Shown: positions 9,018-18,260, counted from the first letter of the stretch. The stretch is DNA of 37,855 bases from Mycobacterium sp. (GCA_035693385.1 DASSGQ010000258.1:1-37855), one strand, 5' to 3'. Translations and numbers: made by a program. The notes: generated from the letters alone by a model not told the origin.

Positions 9018-9061
9018 TGTCCTGCCTTTCCAGTCCTTTTCAAGCCTTGTCACGTTCGAGG

Positions 9062-9568
9062 TTAGAAGTCGCCGGCGTTGCGCCGCAACGATTCGATGGA
9101 CGACACCAGCGCTTCGGATTCGCCGGCGTCCATTCCGACGTCGGCGAACACCTGCTGGTTGAGCGTAACCGTGGCGTCGTCGACCGTGGCACGGCCGAGG
9201 TCGGTGATCTGGACCAACGTCGTGCGCCCGTCGGTGGGGTGCGGTAAGCGCTGAACCAGCCCATCAGCCTCCAGCCTGCGAATGGCGTGGGTGACGCTGG
9301 TGACGTGGACCTGCAGGCGATCGGACGCCTTGGTGATCGGCAGCGCTCCCGTGCGGCTGAACGCCAGCAGCCGCAGCAACTCAAAGCGGGAGAAGCTCAA
9401 GTCGTAGGGACGCAACGCGGTTTCGACACGGGCCAGCAGGATTTGATGCGCGCGCATCACCGAGGTGACCGCGACCATGCCCTGCGACACCTCGGCCCAA
9501 CCGGCGCGCTCCCAGTTGGCCCGCGCGGCGGCGATCGGATCGCGCTTCTGAGGTCGTGCTGCGGCCAC
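9062..9568 (-). CDS. MarR-family transcriptional regulator (Rv0737-like)
   Basis: Winged-helix signature SVTHAIRRLEADGLVQR..HPTDGR...ITDLG; RBS AAGAAAGG. Confidence 0.9.
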   Translation of the reverse strand: MAAARPQKRDPIAAARANWERAGWAEVSQGMVAVTSVMRAHQILLARVETALRPYDLSFSRFELLRLLAFSRTGALPITKASDRLQVHVTSVTHAIRRLEADGLVQRLPHPTDGRTTLVQITDLGRATVDDATVTLNQQVFADVGMDAGESEALVSSIESLRRNAGDF

Positions 9569-9585
9569 GCCCTTTCTTACCGCAT

Positions 9586-10638
9586 CTAGGACCCTGGCGT
9601 GGCCTTTCCCATCGCGGCCAGCACCGCCAGCGTCGAGCCGCGGTTGCCGACGGTAATCCGCGCGCCACCGTCGGCGTAACAGCGAACGTGCAGTCCGCCG
9701 TCGGCGAATACCTCATGCCACGATCTACCGCGCCCACCCCTCGAAGGCAGGTAGATGAAGTTCGCATGGGCATCGGTGGTGTAGATCCCCAGTGCGCTCA
9801 GGCGCATCCGGAGATAGCGGCGCTCGGCGTTGATCGACTGGATCCGTTGCAGCAGTTGGTCTTCGGCTCGGTACGAGGCCGCCACCGCAAGCATACTGGT
9901 GATCGCGATGCCGAACGGCAGCTGCTGGGACCACAGCTCGCGGGCCAGTTCCGGCGATGCCAGCCCGTAACCGATCCGCAGGCCGGCCAGCCCGTATGCC
10001 TTGGAGAATGTCCGCACCACCACGACGTTGGGGAAACGGGTGACCAACGCCGCAACGTCGACGCGGTGCTCAGGCGCGACGAACTCGACGTACGCCTCGT
10101 CGAGCAGCACGATGGTGTCCCGCGGCACCCGTCGCAAGAACCGCACCAGCTCGGCGGCGGGCTCCAGCGTGCCGGTCGGGTTGTGTGGGCGGCATACCAC
10201 CACCACGCGGGCGTTCGCCGCGGCGTCGGCCAGCCCGTCGAGGTCGTTGTGACCGTCCTCGTCGAGGGGCACGGTCACCGCGTTCAGCCGGCCCATCCGC
10301 GCAACGATCGAATAACCGTCGAAGGTCGGCGACGCCATGGCGATCGTGTCACCCGGCGTGGTCAGTGCCAGCAGGGCCTGCAACACCACACCGGTGGCGC
10401 CGGCGCCCAGCACCACCTGGTCCGATGGCAGGTCGATGTGGTGGGCGATGAGACTGCGCAGCCGTTCGGGCAGGAACTCCGGATACCGGTTGGCCGCACA
10501 GATGGAGCGGATCAACGCCGACCGCACCGCCGGCAGCGGCGGGAACGGATTCTCGTTGAGCGACAACGCAAGCGGATCGACCGCAGTGGGAAGCGCGTCG
10601 TCGATCTCGGGCGCGAAAGGGCTTGGGACGGGTTGCAT
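9586..10638 (-). CDS. PLP-dependent class I/II aromatic aminotransferase (HisC/Pat-like)
   Basis: LSLNENP, PHNPTG, LDEAY and the PLP-lysine motif RTFSKAYGLAGLRIGY. ATG at 10638 forms a TGATG overlap with the KSIII stop. Confidence 0.9.
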   Translation of the reverse strand: MQPVPSPFAPEIDDALPTAVDPLALSLNENPFPPLPAVRSALIRSICAANRYPEFLPERLRSLIAHHIDLPSDQVVLGAGATGVVLQALLALTTPGDTIAMASPTFDGYSIVARMGRLNAVTVPLDEDGHNDLDGLADAAANARVVVVCRPHNPTGTLEPAAELVRFLRRVPRDTIVLLDEAYVEFVAPEHRVDVAALVTRFPNVVVVRTFSKAYGLAGLRIGYGLASPELARELWSQQLPFGIAITSMLAVAASYRAEDQLLQRIQSINAERRYLRMRLSALGIYTTDAHANFIYLPSRGGRGRSWHEVFADGGLHVRCYADGGARITVGNRGSTLAVLAAMGKATPGS

Positions 10639-11657
10639 CAGCCTCGCCCGCCCCAGCGCACCGCCGCCGCACCGGCGAAATCGCCGGCGTGGGCGAAGGC
10701 CGCCATCATGACCACGTCGCCCGCCTTGACCTGACCGTCGGATATCGCGCGGTCGAGGTTGACCGGGATCCCGGCCCCGAACAGGTTGCCGCACTCTTCA
10801 AAGGTGTCCCGATGGCGTTCGGGCGGCAATTCGAGCGCTTCCCGCCAATTGCGCAGGAACGCCCGGTTGGGCTGATTGGTGACCAGTAGGTCGATGTCTT
10901 TGGCGGGCAGGCCGATTCGGTCGCAGACCGCCAGCGCCACCTCGGGAACCTGCCGGTTGCCGCGGGCCAGCACCTTGGTGATCTTGCTTTCGGTGAAGCC
11001 GATGCTGCCCTCGCCCGGCCCGGCAGCCCACCATTTGCGGGGCGGGTCGTAGGAGAGCGTCATTTCGCCGGCGTATGCCCCGTAGGTGCGGCATTCCACA
11101 TCGAGAATCGGCGACTCGTCGCTCGCCGTGACCAGGCCCACCGCCGCCCCGTCGCCGGGCACCGCCGACTGCGCCTTGCGGCGAATCGTGGGCTGGTCGA
11201 AGAATTGCCCGGCCGCATTCTGCGCGATCGCGATCAGCGCGGTGTGCCCCTCTCCGGTCGACAGCAGTTTGCGAGCCACGTTGAGCGCCAACACAAACGC
11301 CGCGCAGCCACCGTTGTTCAGGTCGAGCACCCAGGACGGCCGCAAGCCCAGGCGGTGCGCGATGCCGCCGCCTTCACCGTAGAACGCCATGTCCGGCACC
11401 TGGGTGTGGGTGATCAACACGTCGGCATTTTCGACGGCGTCGTGGCCGTGGCGTTCGATCAAGCCCTGCGCCGCGCGCTCGACCATGTCGATCGCGCTTT
11501 CGTCCGATCCGACGTGATGCCGAAACTTGGGCGCGCGGAACATGAGGTTGTCGCGGAGGTCGTCGGATTCGGCGAATTGCGCGTAGTACTCGGCCGGGAT
11601 CGGTTCACCGGGTAGATAAGTGGAGACGTCGATCAGGCTGACGCTCGGCTTGCTCAT
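10638..11657 (-). CDS. FabH-like beta-ketoacyl synthase III (NzsJ/CqsB1-like)
   Basis: Active-site Cys in LDLNNGGCAAF, plus GDGA and GN (ECGNL). TNQPN replaces the canonical HQAN. Confidence 0.85.
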   Translation of the reverse strand: MSKPSVSLIDVSTYLPGEPIPAEYYAQFAESDDLRDNLMFRAPKFRHHVGSDESAIDMVERAAQGLIERHGHDAVENADVLITHTQVPDMAFYGEGGGIAHRLGLRPSWVLDLNNGGCAAFVLALNVARKLLSTGEGHTALIAIAQNAAGQFFDQPTIRRKAQSAVPGDGAAVGLVTASDESPILDVECRTYGAYAGEMTLSYDPPRKWWAAGPGEGSIGFTESKITKVLARGNRQVPEVALAVCDRIGLPAKDIDLLVTNQPNRAFLRNWREALELPPERHRDTFEECGNLFGAGIPVNLDRAISDGQVKAGDVVMMAAFAHAGDFAGAAAVRWGGRG

Positions 11658-11675
11658 GCTGTTTCTCACTCGTTC

Positions 11676-12323
11676 TCACCGCATCCACACGGGGGTCACC
11701 GGCAGGCCGTTGCGGTGGCGGTACTCGGCGATTGCCTTGAGGTTCTTCATTTCCAACAGGTGGCCGGCGCCGAACATGTCCCAGAAGTCGCCGACCCACA
11801 CCGGGCGCTGCGGCGGTGCGGTCTCCGGATACGGGTTGCGGTCGTAGAACGGGTGACGGCAATTGGTCCACAGCACAACCGAACCCGGCTTGTCGAGCAC
11901 CACCTGGGCGTCGATGACGCGCATCAGATAGATCATCCACAGGTGCTTGCCCTGATCCCACGCGCAGTGGTAGTCGACGGTGCGGGCGTGGCTGTTGGCG
12001 ATGGTCCGGGTGTAGATCTTGGTCTCCGAGCCGAGCCGGTCGTAGGCCAGCCACAGGCCGGGCTCGTCGGTGGTGGTGAAACCCCGCAGACTGTAGGTCC
12101 ACTCCTCGAGGCTTCGAGTGTCGGCCAGGTATTCGTACAACTCGTCCGGCGGGCAGTCGATGTAGTCGTTGACGGTGCAATACTCCCCGAAAACCTGATC
12201 GTGTGGGTACACCGACCGCATCATGTCCATGATGATCGGGGTGGCCTTCTCCCGGGGGCTGGTCTCGATACGGACCACCCCCTCGATGGGCGTACGGATA
12301 TCCTCAAGCGCTGGCAGCGACAT
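11676..12323 (-). CDS. SRPBCC/polyketide-cyclase fold protein, candidate carbazole synthase (NzsI/CqsB2-like)
   Basis: 215 aa with the SRPBCC pattern (IDCPPDELYEYLAD..SLEEW and C-terminal helix HLLEMKNLKAIAE). RBS AAGGAG lies inside the ThDP gene. Positioned between the ThDP enzyme and KSIII. Confidence 0.75.
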   Translation of the reverse strand: MSLPALEDIRTPIEGVVRIETSPREKATPIIMDMMRSVYPHDQVFGEYCTVNDYIDCPPDELYEYLADTRSLEEWTYSLRGFTTTDEPGLWLAYDRLGSETKIYTRTIANSHARTVDYHCAWDQGKHLWMIYLMRVIDAQVVLDKPGSVVLWTNCRHPFYDRNPYPETAPPQRPVWVGDFWDMFGAGHLLEMKNLKAIAEYRHRNGLPVTPVWMR

Positions 12324-14058
12324 CGGTCCGGTTCTCCTTTGCAATGGAACTGTCTTGTGTGAGATCCGCTTTGGCCGGCTGCGTGTTGAGAAATGGTGCA
12401 AAAGGCGGGATCTCGTCGGCGGCACACTCGACACTGACCACGGCAGGGCCGTCGACGGCCAGCACCCCGCGCATGGCAGCGGCGAAGCCCTCGAGGTCGG
12501 TGACGTCGACGGACGTCAGCCCGGGGAACATCGCCGCCAGGCCGGCACCCAAGCGGCTGGAGCGAAATCGGTTGTAGCTGTAGAGATCTTCGTAGAAGAG
12601 CCGCTCACGGGTCACGCACATGGCGTGGGCATTGTTGTTGAACAACACGAACGTCACCGGGAGCTGGTAATGCACGGCGGTATGGACCTCCATGCCGTGC
12701 ATGAAAAACGCCCCGTCCCCGGCGATCACGACGGTGCGGCCGCCCGGTCGTCCGCTGTTCGGGCGCCCGAAAGCCATCCCGATGCCGGCGCCGAAGCTGT
12801 AGCCCATGCCACCCATGCCGAGCGCGACCGCGAACCTGCCGCCGCGCCGTGCCGGCAGGTAGTGGATCGCCGCCGCGCCGGTGTTGCCGGCGTCGACCAC
12901 GATGTCCGCCCCGTCGGGCACGCAACCGTCCAGCACCGCCATCGCGTCGCGGTAGCGCACCCCGGCGCCGAGGCAGGGCGGGGGTGTCAGTTCGGTGCGC
13001 CGCACCACATCCGGCACCCGCACACCAGTCGGCCGTCCCGCTCCGGACAGCGCCTGGGTCAGCATGCGCAGCGAGCCGCGCAGGTCGTCGGTGTGCACGT
13101 GGGTGCACGAAACGTAGGGCGGCGCCGATCCGATCGAGACCGTCCGCGCCGCCGCAAGGGCGTCGTCGAGTCCGGTGCGCGCGGTGACCGACAGTCGGGT
13201 GCCCACCACCAGGCACACGGCGCTGTCGGCCACCGCCTGGGCCACACCCGGGTGGCCCATGACACCGGTCACCCCGAGCGCCGACGACGACCCGAGCCCC
13301 GGCGTGCCCGCGACGTCCTTGGCGTCGGGCACGGTCGCCACCCGTGCCCGCAACACCGCACGCAGCGCCTCGAGTTCGGCGCGGGCGTTATCCCGGGCCA
13401 CCTGTTCGCCGACGATGAGGGTCACCGGGCCGCGCGCGTGGCGCAGTATTCCGACGATCGGTTGGGGGTTACCGATGGGACGCAGACCCTGGGTGGCCAA
13501 CCCACTTCGAGTTCCGGCACGCTCCCGGTCCACGCGCCCCTGCTGAATGTCCTTGGGCAGCAACAACACTGCGGGGCCGCCGGTGCGCGCTGCGGCGATC
13601 GCCGCCGACAGCGCCGGTACGACGCCGGCCGGGGTGAGCACCCGCTCGCAGAAGAGGGACACCGCGGAAAACACCGCCTGCGCGTTCAACGAGCCGTTGT
13701 CGCCACTGGTGTCCTGAAAGCTGCCCCGCCCGTCCATGGTGGTGGCCGTTTGGCCGACCAGTGCCAACACCGGAACCCGGCTCGTCAGCGACTCCCCCAG
13801 GGCCGCTACGAGATTCAGTGCGCCGCCACCCGAGGTCGCCGCGACCACCCCCAGCCCGGCCCCGCTGCGGCTGTACCCGTCGGCCATGGTGGCGGCGGAG
13901 AACTCGTGCTTGGCCAGGACCGCGGTGATGTCGGAGCGGAAGTGTGCGGCGTCGTACAGGTCCTCGATGTTGGCGCCGTCGACGCCGAAGATGTGGTCGA
14001 CCCCGATTGCCGCGAGGCGTTCGACGATGTGGTCGACCACCCGGTGCGTCCTTGGCAT
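12304..14058 (-). CDS. ThDP-dependent carboligase (acetolactate synthase superfamily; NzsH/CqsB3/ScyA-like)
   Basis: Catalytic Glu in KHEFSA and the ThDP/Mg motif GDGAF...LFNNN. ATG at 14058 lies 6 nt after a SigL-type -10. Confidence 0.9.
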   Translation of the reverse strand: MPRTHRVVDHIVERLAAIGVDHIFGVDGANIEDLYDAAHFRSDITAVLAKHEFSAATMADGYSRSGAGLGVVAATSGGGALNLVAALGESLTSRVPVLALVGQTATTMDGRGSFQDTSGDNGSLNAQAVFSAVSLFCERVLTPAGVVPALSAAIAAARTGGPAVLLLPKDIQQGRVDRERAGTRSGLATQGLRPIGNPQPIVGILRHARGPVTLIVGEQVARDNARAELEALRAVLRARVATVPDAKDVAGTPGLGSSSALGVTGVMGHPGVAQAVADSAVCLVVGTRLSVTARTGLDDALAAARTVSIGSAPPYVSCTHVHTDDLRGSLRMLTQALSGAGRPTGVRVPDVVRRTELTPPPCLGAGVRYRDAMAVLDGCVPDGADIVVDAGNTGAAAIHYLPARRGGRFAVALGMGGMGYSFGAGIGMAFGRPNSGRPGGRTVVIAGDGAFFMHGMEVHTAVHYQLPVTFVLFNNNAHAMCVTRERLFYEDLYSYNRFRSSRLGAGLAAMFPGLTSVDVTDLEGFAAAMRGVLAVDGPAVVSVECAADEIPPFAPFLNTQPAKADLTQDSSIAKENRTDVAASA

Positions 14059-14064
14059 GTCTTT

Positions 14065-14092
14065 AACACGACACGCGCGTACCTTCAGTTCA
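14065..14092 (-). promoter_or_regulatory. SigL-type promoter (TGAACT-N16-CGTGTT), leaderless, driving the ThDP operon
   Basis: Matches the recalled SigL consensus TGAACC-N16-CGT and the sigL upstream element at 11 of 12 box positions with identical spacing. Confidence 0.75.
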
Positions 14093-14107
14093 CTCCGGCG
14101 CCGGGTG

Positions 14108-14884
14108 TTACATCGAGCGCTGCAGCAGAACCTCGCCGCTGTCAGCGGAAACCACTTGCACGGCGGCAATCTGGTCGACCGGCGTGGAGATGCTGCCCGC
14201 GGGCGTCGCGGTGTGGCCGGGTTCGGCCACCCACGTTGCCAGCCGGGTTTGGCTGCCGTCGCGACCCACCACCACCATCGCCAGGGTGTCATGGTGGGCA
14301 TTCAGCGGCGCCAGGCAGACACACTTGAGGTTGATGGACGTCCCCCAGTGCTGGCTGGACAGCTGCACCGTCGAGGCCAGCAGGTTCGTACCGACCTGCA
14401 CCATCGGCTGCGAGGATGCGGTCACCTGCTGCGCGGGTGCCGAGGTGTAGCCCTGCACACCGACGAACACCCCGATTCCGAGCACCGCGGCCGCAGCGGC
14501 CGAGGCCACCCAGGTCGCCACCCGCGTGCGGCGCCGGCGCCAGCGCACCGTTGCCAGCAACGACGGCAGCAACTCCGGCGACAATGCAGGCGTCTCCGGC
14601 AAAGACTCAGCACGGCCGTTGATCGCGGCCACTTCTGCTCGGTCAAGCCGCGAAAGCAGGGCCGGCACGCCACTCATATCGGCGACGGCCTCCCGGCATG
14701 CCGGGCAGTTGGCCATGTGCTCCTCGAATTCACGGCGGTCGGAGGCAGACAGCGACCCCAACACGTATGCGGCATCCCACATCGCGTAGCGGTGGTTGTC
14801 ACGCCCAGTCAGGTCGAACACCTCGTTGCCGTGATTGTCATAGGGAGGGCCGATACCCCGTAACGGCGTCCTCATTTCATCCAT
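14108..14884 (-). CDS. rslA: Anti-sigma-L factor (ZAS zinc finger, TM helix, extracellular domain)
   Basis: HxxxCxxC (EHMANCPAC), then RRRR and a TM helix; directly downstream of sigL. The start may be 14875. Confidence 0.9.
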   Translation of the reverse strand: MDEMRTPLRGIGPPYDNHGNEVFDLTGRDNHRYAMWDAAYVLGSLSASDRREFEEHMANCPACREAVADMSGVPALLSRLDRAEVAAINGRAESLPETPALSPELLPSLLATVRWRRRRTRVATWVASAAAAAVLGIGVFVGVQGYTSAPAQQVTASSQPMVQVGTNLLASTVQLSSQHWGTSINLKCVCLAPLNAHHDTLAMVVVGRDGSQTRLATWVAEPGHTATPAGSISTPVDQIAAVQVVSADSGEVLLQRSM

Positions 14885-14903
14885 CTCCTGTCACCCTCCA
14901 AGT

Positions 14904-14930
14904 ATTCGGAGCCGAAAGCCAGTCGGATGG
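14904..14930 (-). promoter_or_regulatory. Candidate SigK-consensus promoter CCATCC-N15-CCGAAT upstream of rslA
   Basis: Exact boxes and 15-nt spacer in the sigL-rslA gap. The consensus is recalled from the mpt70/mpt83 promoters. Confidence 0.45.
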
Positions 14931-14954
14931 GTTCGGAAATAAACCCCTGCGCTG

Positions 14955-15500
14955 TCATCGGGTAACCCCAAGTTCCTGCAGAGTGAGTCGCAATGCCCGC
15001 ACGGCATAGTGTAGTCGCGACTTCACTGTTCCTTCGGCGATCTCAAGATCTGCAGCAATCTGCGCGGTGGTCCAGCCGCGGTAGTAGGACCGTTCGATCA
15101 CGGCCCGGTGCTCTGGCGACAATTGGACCAACGCATCGGCGATCAGCAGCCGGTCCAGCGCCGCGTTCACCTCGTCGGGCGTGGACTGTTCGGGCGCGCC
15201 CGCTTCGTCGAGGGAGCCGACGACGTTGCGGTACCGTGCGCTGCGTCGGTCGTCGATGATCATGTTGCGGGCGACGGTGAACAGCCACGCCCGCGCTGAC
15301 CGTTCGGTGTCCCCGATTACCTCGGGATGCTGCCACGCCCGTAACAGCGTCTCCTGCACGACGTCCTCGGCCTGGCTCGCGTCCCCCGTCAACCGGAGCG
15401 CGTAGCGCCATAAAACCGCGGCATGCTCGTCATAGAGCGCCTTCATCAGGGCGGCTTCGGCTGCCCCGGACGCCCCCCGAGTACTGGCCACACGAGCCAC
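14955..15500 (-). CDS. sigL: ECF sigma factor SigL
   Basis: AEAALMKALYDEH...AEDVVQETLLRAWQHP...GTVKSRLHYAVRAL, between map and rslA. GTG at 15500 follows GGAGGTG. Confidence 0.93.
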   Translation of the reverse strand: MARVASTRGASGAAEAALMKALYDEHAAVLWRYALRLTGDASQAEDVVQETLLRAWQHPEVIGDTERSARAWLFTVARNMIIDDRRSARYRNVVGSLDEAGAPEQSTPDEVNAALDRLLIADALVQLSPEHRAVIERSYYRGWTTAQIAADLEIAEGTVKSRLHYAVRALRLTLQELGVTR

Positions 15501-15519
15501 TCGATCACCTCCGCCTACT

Positions 15520-15547
15520 GACACGAGTGGAGTAGGTGTTTAGTTCA
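15520..15547 (-). promoter_or_regulatory. SigL autoregulatory promoter TGAACT-N16-CGTGTC
   Basis: Lies in the map-sigL gap and fits the recalled SigL consensus and known sigL autoregulation. Confidence 0.8.
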
Positions 15548-15577
15548 AGCCAGGGTCCAGCTCAAGCGAGGCGTGGT

Positions 15578-16378
15578 TCAACCGAGAGTGAGGATGCGCG
15601 GGCCCCCGTCGGTTACCGCGACGGTGTGTTCCCAGTGTGCCGCACGTGACCCATCGGCCGTAGTCACGGTCCATTGGTCGTCGAGCACCACCGTCTTGCT
15701 GGTTCCCAGCGTCAGCATCGGTTCGATGGCCAACACCGAGCCCGGGGCCAGCAGCGGGCCCCGCCCGGGAGCGCCCTCGTTGGGCAGGAAGGGATCCATG
15801 TGCATGTGCCGGCCGATGCCGTGGCCGCCGTAGCCCTCCACGATCCCGAACGAACGTCCGTAGCGAGCCTCGGCGGCGCGGGTCCCCATTTCGATGGCAT
15901 GTGCCACGTCGGACAGCCGGTTACCGGCGACCATCGCCGCGATTCCGGCTTCCAGCGATTCCCTGGTCGCATCGCCGAGCGCTTCGTCGGCGGCGTCCAG
16001 CGCCCCGACCCCGAAGGTGATCGCGGCATCACCGTGCCAGCCGTCCAGCACCGCGCCGCAGTCGATGGATACCAGGTCACCCGGTGCCAATATCTCCGCG
16101 GCGGACGGGATGCCGTGCACAACGCGATCGTTGACCGATGCGCAAATCGATGCCGGGTAACCGTGATAGCCCAGGAATGACGGTGTCGCGCCGGCCTCGC
16201 GGATCACCGACTCGGCGATTTCGTCGAGGCCCAGCGTCGACGTTCCGGACACCGCGGCAGCGTGGACCGTGTGCAGCGCGGCGGCGACCACGGCCCCGGC
16301 CGCGGCCATCGCGTCGAGTTCACCCGGGCTGCGCTGCGGCACGACCCTGCGACTGCGCAGCCGCGCCAACGGGCTCAT
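15578..16378 (-). CDS. map: Type I methionine aminopeptidase
   Basis: VVHGIP, SIDCG, GDAA, GHGIG, IEPM and HWEHT motifs. Confidence 0.95.
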   Translation of the reverse strand: MSPLARLRSRRVVPQRSPGELDAMAAAGAVVAAALHTVHAAAVSGTSTLGLDEIAESVIREAGATPSFLGYHGYPASICASVNDRVVHGIPSAAEILAPGDLVSIDCGAVLDGWHGDAAITFGVGALDAADEALGDATRESLEAGIAAMVAGNRLSDVAHAIEMGTRAAEARYGRSFGIVEGYGGHGIGRHMHMDPFLPNEGAPGRGPLLAPGSVLAIEPMLTLGTSKTVVLDDQWTVTTADGSRAAHWEHTVAVTDGGPRILTLG

Positions 16379-16380
16379 GG

Positions 16381-16938
16381 TTACTTGCCCAGCGCTTCCA
16401 GGGCGCGGGCGAACACCTCATCCATCGAGCCCACCGCGTCGACGGTCTTCAGCTGGTCTTTCAATTGATCCCCGTAGTACTCCAACAGCGGCGCGGTCTC
16501 GTCGCGGTAAACCTTCATCCGGTTGAGGATGACGTCGTTGGTGTCATCGGCGCGTCCGCGTGCCTTAAGCCGCGCAAACAACTCGTCCTGCGAGACGCGG
16601 AACTCCACAACCGCGTCGATGTCGGTGCCCCGGCGTCCGAGCATCTCGTGCAGCGCTTTGGCCTGCTCGAGCGAGCGCGGATAGCCGTCCAGGATGAAGC
16701 CGTCGGCCGTATCCGGATCGTTGAGACGGTCGTCGACGAGCTGGTTGGTCAAATCGGAGGGCACCAGGTCACCGGCGGCCAGGTAACGCTTGGCCTCCAG
16801 CCCGAGCGTGGTGCCGTTGGCGATGTTGCGCCGAAACAGCTCGCCGGTGGAGATTTGCGGGATTTCGAGCTTCTCGGCGAGCTTCACGGCCTGCGTGCCC
16901 TTGCCCGCCCCCGGCGGTCCCAGCAAAACGACTCTCAC
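16381..16938 (-). CDS. adk: Adenylate kinase (short-LID type)
   Basis: [11 protein letters not shown] and ILDGYPR. The GTG start overlaps the secY stop (GTGA). Confidence 0.96.
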   Translation of the reverse strand: MRVVLLGPPGAGKGTQAVKLAEKLEIPQISTGELFRRNIANGTTLGLEAKRYLAAGDLVPSDLTNQLVDDRLNDPDTADGFILDGYPRSLEQAKALHEMLGRRGTDIDAVVEFRVSQDELFARLKARGRADDTNDVILNRMKVYRDETAPLLEYYGDQLKDQLKTVDAVGSMDEVFARALEALGK

Positions 16939-18260
16939 TTGAGGAACCCTTCGTAGTTGCGCTGCATGAGCTGACTTTCGATTTGCTTGACCGTATCCAA
17001 ACCGACGCCAATCATGATCAAAACCGCAGTACCGCCGAACGGCAAGTTTTGGACGCCTCCGCCATTGCCGATCTGAAGGAAAAGATTGGGCAGCACGGCT
17101 ATCACCCCGAGGTAGATCGAGCCGGGCAGGGTAATCCGGTTCAGCACATAACGCAGGTAGTCCGCGGTCGGCTTTCCGGGGCGAATGCCCGGAATGAAGC
17201 CACCGAACTTCTTCATCTCGTCGGCGCGTTCGTCGGGATTGAAGGTGACCGACACGTAGAAGTACGTGAAGAAGATGATCAGTCCGAAGTAAATGGCGAT
17301 GTAGACCGGGTCGCTCGGGTCCGACAGGTAGGTGCCGACGAATTTGTCCCACCAACTGTTGCCGACACCCCCGGTGCCGCTACGGACCAGCTGGGTGATC
17401 AGGTGCGGAATGTAGATCAGCGACGACGCAAAGATGACCGGAATAACCCCGGCCTGGTTGACCTTGAGCGGCAGATACGTCGAGGTTCCGCCGTACATGC
17501 GCCGTCCGACCATCCGCTTGGCGTATTGCACCGGGATCCGGCGCTGGCCCTGCTCGACGAACACCACGCCGACGATGATGATCAGCGCGGCGACGCAGAC
17601 GGCGGCGAAGATGATCCCGCCGCGGCTGTCCAGGATGGACTTGCCTTCGGCGGGGATGCGTGCCGCGATGCCGACGAAAATCAGCAACGACATGCCGTTG
17701 CCGATGCCGCGTTCGGTGATCAGCTCACCCATCCACATCACCAGCGCGGCGCCGGCCGTCATCACCAGCACGATGACGACCAGGGTGAAGATGCTCTGGT
17801 CGGCGATGATGTCCAGCGAGCAGCCCTGGAGCAGACCGCCGTTGGCCGCCAGCGCCACGATGCTGGTGGCTTGCAGGATGGCCAGCGCGATCGCCAGGTA
17901 ACGGGTGTACTGGGTCATCTTGGCCTGACCCGATTGGCCCTCCTTGCGCAACTCCTCGAAGCGCGGGATGACCACCGTGAGCAGCTGCACGATGATGCTC
18001 GCGGTGATGTAGGGCATCACCCCGACCGCGAACACCGTGAGCTTCAGCAGCGCGCCACCGGAGAACAGGTTGATCAGCGAGTAGATCTGTCCGGCCTCGC
18101 CGCCGCTGGCCTCCTTGATGCACTGCTGCACGTTCGGGTAGTTCACGCCGGGGGACGGTAATGCGGCGCCGACCCGATAGAGAAGGACGATGCCAAGTGT
18201 GAAGAGGATCTTCCGTCTCAGGTCGACTGTCCGCAGCGATGAGATGAAAGCCGAAAGCAC
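16935..18260 (-). CDS. secY: Preprotein translocase subunit SecY
   Basis: About 10 TM helices with motifs [24 protein letters not shown] and GGTAVLI. Confidence 0.98.
   Translation of the reverse strand: MLSAFISSLRTVDLRRKILFTLGIVLLYRVGAALPSPGVNYPNVQQCIKEASGGEAGQIYSLINLFSGGALLKLTVFAVGVMPYITASIIVQLLTVVIPRFEELRKEGQSGQAKMTQYTRYLAIALAILQATSIVALAANGGLLQGCSLDIIADQSIFTLVVIVLVMTAGAALVMWMGELITERGIGNGMSLLIFVGIAARIPAEGKSILDSRGGIIFAAVCVAALIIIVGVVFVEQGQRRIPVQYAKRMVGRRMYGGTSTYLPLKVNQAGVIPVIFASSLIYIPHLITQLVRSGTGGVGNSWWDKFVGTYLSDPSDPVYIAIYFGLIIFFTYFYVSVTFNPDERADEMKKFGGFIPGIRPGKPTADYLRYVLNRITLPGSIYLGVIAVLPNLFLQIGNGGGVQNLPFGGTAVLIMIGVGLDTVKQIESQLMQRNYEGFLK

Noticed and set aside
9586-14058. Reading the operon as housekeeping ilvB/fabH/hisC
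   Set aside because: There is no ilvN/ilvC or his context, the KSIII lacks the catalytic His, and coupling to an SRPBCC cyclase points to secondary metabolism.
14059-14301. N-terminal extensions in the ORF track (ThDP from 14301; likewise adk 17355, aminotransferase 10794, SRPBCC 12434, mmsB 7430, LLM 31090, rplE 36261, lectin 37739)
   Set aside because: They overlap neighbouring genes or precede the recognisable domain, and downstream starts have better RBS, promoter or coupling support.
12223-14328. Long antisense ORFs (701 aa here; also 4784-6247, 16983-18161, 22270-23577, 28271-29566 and others)
   Set aside because: These are shadow frames of real genes in high-GC DNA, with no recognisable motifs and Arg/Gly/Pro-biased composition.
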